Sequence record: MH494197.1
DNA length: 64,000 nucleotides
Direction: 5' to 3' (one strand)
Each line of letters opens with the position of its first letter. Position 1 is the first letter of the stretch. The notes under the pieces were generated by a model. The model saw only the letters and a program-made list of their open reading frames with translations, did not search any database and was not told the origin of the DNA. Made by a program: the position numbers and the translations under genes. Positions 61,145-64,000 of the stretch are shown one piece after another.

Positions 61145-61537
61145 CTAAAGATAAAGAAATGCGATTTTGCTTTTAATTCTTTCATCAATATCCTTTGAAT
61201 TCTTAACACTTCTGTATACATCAGCTAATAAATTATAATCTTCTTTATTTGAGCTATGTAATGCCCAACCTATATCTGTTTTGATTCGAACATATGCTTT
61301 ATTTGATGTGAAATAAAAATTGAATCCGTTAGACCCATCAAAAATATCATAAGTATTTACCCAATCTCCATAAGGAAAACTCATTGGTACTGACTCATAA
61401 TCAATGGTGATATCCGATAAATTTTTAGAACAGTACTTTACAAAGTGGTAAACAATCGGATCACATTTTGATAATTCGTATTTGTATTCAATGATAGTTT
61501 TTCTATTAGTATCATTGATGGCATATTCTTTTATCAA
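61145..61537 (-). CDS. Hypothetical protein
   Basis: 130-aa ORF. Confidence 0.5.
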   Translation of the reverse strand: MIKEYAINDTNRKTIIEYKYELSKCDPIVYHFVKYCSKNLSDITIDYESVPMSFPYGDWVNTYDIFDGSNGFNFYFTSNKAYVRIKTDIGWALHSSNKEDYNLLADVYRSVKNSKDIDERIKSKIAFLYL

Positions 61538-61616
61538 TGGACTTTTTGATGATAAGAGTCCATAGAAACGATTCTAATCCAGTTTCATCAACTTTTCTTT
61601 CTTTTGAAAAATGAAA

Positions 61617-61970
61617 TCATTTATATAAACCCTTAATTTTTTGTCTATTATGTATATCATTTTGCTGAATTTTCAAATTAGTAAGATTGTGTCTTACACC
61701 TTCAACGCCACGCATTATTTGTAACATAATTAGTGATTCGTCATATGTTAGAACATTGCTATTATTATCGATATATACTTTCACTCCACTTTCAAGATAA
61801 TCATTTTCTTTGGAGTTAAAGTTTCTAATAAAACTTAACGCCATTTGTTGCATCACTGAATACATATCGTTCCGCACCGTAGAATGTTTTCCACGAAATA
61901 AACCGCCTTCTTCAAACTTCCAACGACTGGATTCATAATCATTAACGTAATCAATGATTAATGGTAGCAA
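61617..61970 (-). CDS. Hypothetical protein
   Basis: 117-aa ORF. Confidence 0.5.
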   Translation of the reverse strand: MLPLIIDYVNDYESSRWKFEEGGLFRGKHSTVRNDMYSVMQQMALSFIRNFNSKENDYLESGVKVYIDNNSNVLTYDESLIMLQIMRGVEGVRHNLTNLKIQQNDIHNRQKIKGLYK

Positions 61971-62707
61971 AGGTGTTTGCTCAATTTATATTTTGCTTCT
62001 AAAGAACAGACGATCTTGATCTGTATTGATGATATCTTTAAGTGTGAAACTTTTTGATATAATTTTAAAGATAATTTCATGCCAAATTAAAGTACTGTTT
62101 TGTTTTCCAACTGGGCCAAAAACATATTCATTCCTCATTAGTATAAATCAGTAATGTCTTTGTATGCATTAATCTGTTTTTGTTGTAATGAAAGTTCATT
62201 GAGTTTAGTTACCATTTTATCTACACCAACACGTATATAGAAAATAATAAATGAATCTAACTTGCCTAGAGTAATTCTTGAACTGTAAGTTGAAAGTTTT
62301 CTTGCATAAACATAAATTTCTTCTTCACGGTAAACGTTTCTCAATCAGCAAGTTTTCCACACCATTCGGCTCATAATCAATTTCGAACTCTACGCCTATC
62401 ACAGTATCTTGAATGATATCAGTATATGAACCACCGAAAAATACTCTCTTGGTTTGGCTCTCCAACGAGGACTAAATGGGTCAGATGCGTATTCTTTAAA
62501 AATTTGTAAAAGGACATTTTACTGAGCATATATTTCATCTCAATTAGTGCTTTGCGGTCATCATCAGTTTTAAACTCTGCTTTGAGCGATGGACTTTTAC
62601 ACGCTTAACTAAATTGTTGTACATCTTTAATGTACGTTGGTCTTTCATTTCTTGGATTTTGTGACGCTTTGGTGGTAGTAAAGATTTGACCATAATTTCC
62701 TCCTGTA

Positions 62708-62735
62708 TTTTCTAGCATTATACACATAAAGAAAA
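62708..62735 (-). promoter_or_regulatory. sigma70-like early promoter overlapping a terminator hairpin
   Basis: TTGACG-N16-TATAAT with TGTG just upstream of the -10; hairpin aagcccgtc-aata-gacgagctt at about 62724-62746. Confidence 0.65.
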
Positions 62736-62753
62736 GCCCGTCAATAGACGAGC

Positions 62754-64000
62754 TTAAAATTTTAATGCCAACGTGTACCAGAGCTTGAAGGAACACCAGA
62801 ACTTGCAGGGATAAGAACCACGCTTGGTTGTACTAGGTCTGTATGTCAAGAATCGTGTTACCTTTTCCGTATCAATTGACGTGATACTCGTACTTCCAGT
62901 AACAATATCACCAACGTATACGTTTGTCAATGTCTCATCAAGAAGAGTTGTACTGATAACGTATGCCGCTTTTCTTGTGTTACGGTTCATTTGAATGTAA
63001 AGATAAAAAAGTACTGTTAGCTGGGTTAGTTTTAATAGACTTAATTCTATGGTTTGAATCGCTAATCTATCAAACATACCACCAAGGAATACCGGAACTT
63101 CACGGGTGAAGTACACCGTGAAACCTTCAGCAACATCTTGTGAAACTACTACGATTTTATCTTGTACAGTTCCTGAACCATCAATCAACCCATCCATCTG
63201 TGCTGATGTTGTCCCAAAGAGACTAAACACTGCTTTAGTTTGATAATCTGAATCTTGAAGATGATAGTATCCAAATCCAACACGGTATAACTCCGTGCTG
63301 GAATGCATTGCCATTATCTATGTAGCTGGATGACATAAATCGGTTAGATGTAATCAAACCATTCACTGTTTTAGCAATCATCAATTTGAATTGAGCATTA
63401 CCAGTTGTGAAAACTGATGAACTGCATCAACCCCAATATAACCAAATCCAGAATACTTTGCAACAGTTAGACCAGTACAGCGTTTCATATAGGCTTCAGT
63501 TACAATACCTGTTACAGAATTAAGTGTTTCGTATCTAGAACTCACCATAGTCGCAGAACTAATATTGGTTCCTGAAATGGTAACATCAACTTCAGAATAT
63601 ATTGCATAACCTTGGTTATTGCCTAAGTTATGCAGAAACCACCGCAATAGATTTTGAGAAAGAACTATCTGGTACATAATATAAAGCAATTTTACCAGTA
63701 AATGCTCCTACTATTCCAATATTAGCAAGTATTTCTTGTTTTAATGTTTCCAGAACATTATCACCAATTATAAGAACCATCAAATTCTAAAGTATCTGGG
63801 TTAAACAAACCACCACTTGTTTGTATACACCTTCAATGAATGATGTCCCATAGCATTTAACTGAACCGTCGTGTCAATTAATGAAATCATACCTGTATAT
63901 TTGTAGTTGTCGAGGCGAATTCGGTTGGCTTGTGGTGCAAAACCATTAAGTGTTGTATTGTTTTGTACTGAATTGAACTGGAAGGTTGGTTCAGTACCAA
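62754..64000 (-). CDS. 3' part of a large, probably structural protein (frameshifted, starts beyond the window)
   Basis: Fragments 62754..63314 and 63381..63689 are S/T/G/V-rich beta-type sequence. Confidence 0.45.

Overview
A 64-kb, AT-rich (about 35% GC) segment of a large T4-related jumbo myophage, most consistent with the RaK2/GAP32/121Q-like group infecting Enterobacteriaceae (inferred from gene content, not from a search). The first 42 kb is mostly a virion morphogenesis region: neck, tail terminator and baseplate genes, a WcaM-like tailspike, two giant paralogous Gly/Thr/Val-rich fibre genes, head completion gp4, tail tube paralogs and the sheath. It is interrupted by thyA and a MoxR AAA+/vWA pair. 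From 42 to 64 kb lies a minus-strand accessory region with a PTH2-like protein, a macrodomain, glutaredoxin, Nudix, CCA-adding enzyme, LysM-lysozyme, a 2H phosphoesterase, thymidine kinase, HNH, spanins, an ACP-like protein and an RlaP-like nucleotidyltransferase. Many genes are broken by single-base indels in short homopolymers, probably consensus errors, so coordinates of reconstructed genes are approximate. The top unexplained signals are: (1) a roughly 500-nt GC-elevated, hairpin-dense, promoter-to-terminator unit at 56.4-56.9 kb (candidate large ncRNA); (2) about six-fold over-representation of the palindrome AGTACT across the window; (3) an ACP-like domain whose phosphopantetheine Ser is replaced by Trp. 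No tRNA, rRNA, CRISPR array or reverse transcriptase was recognised.
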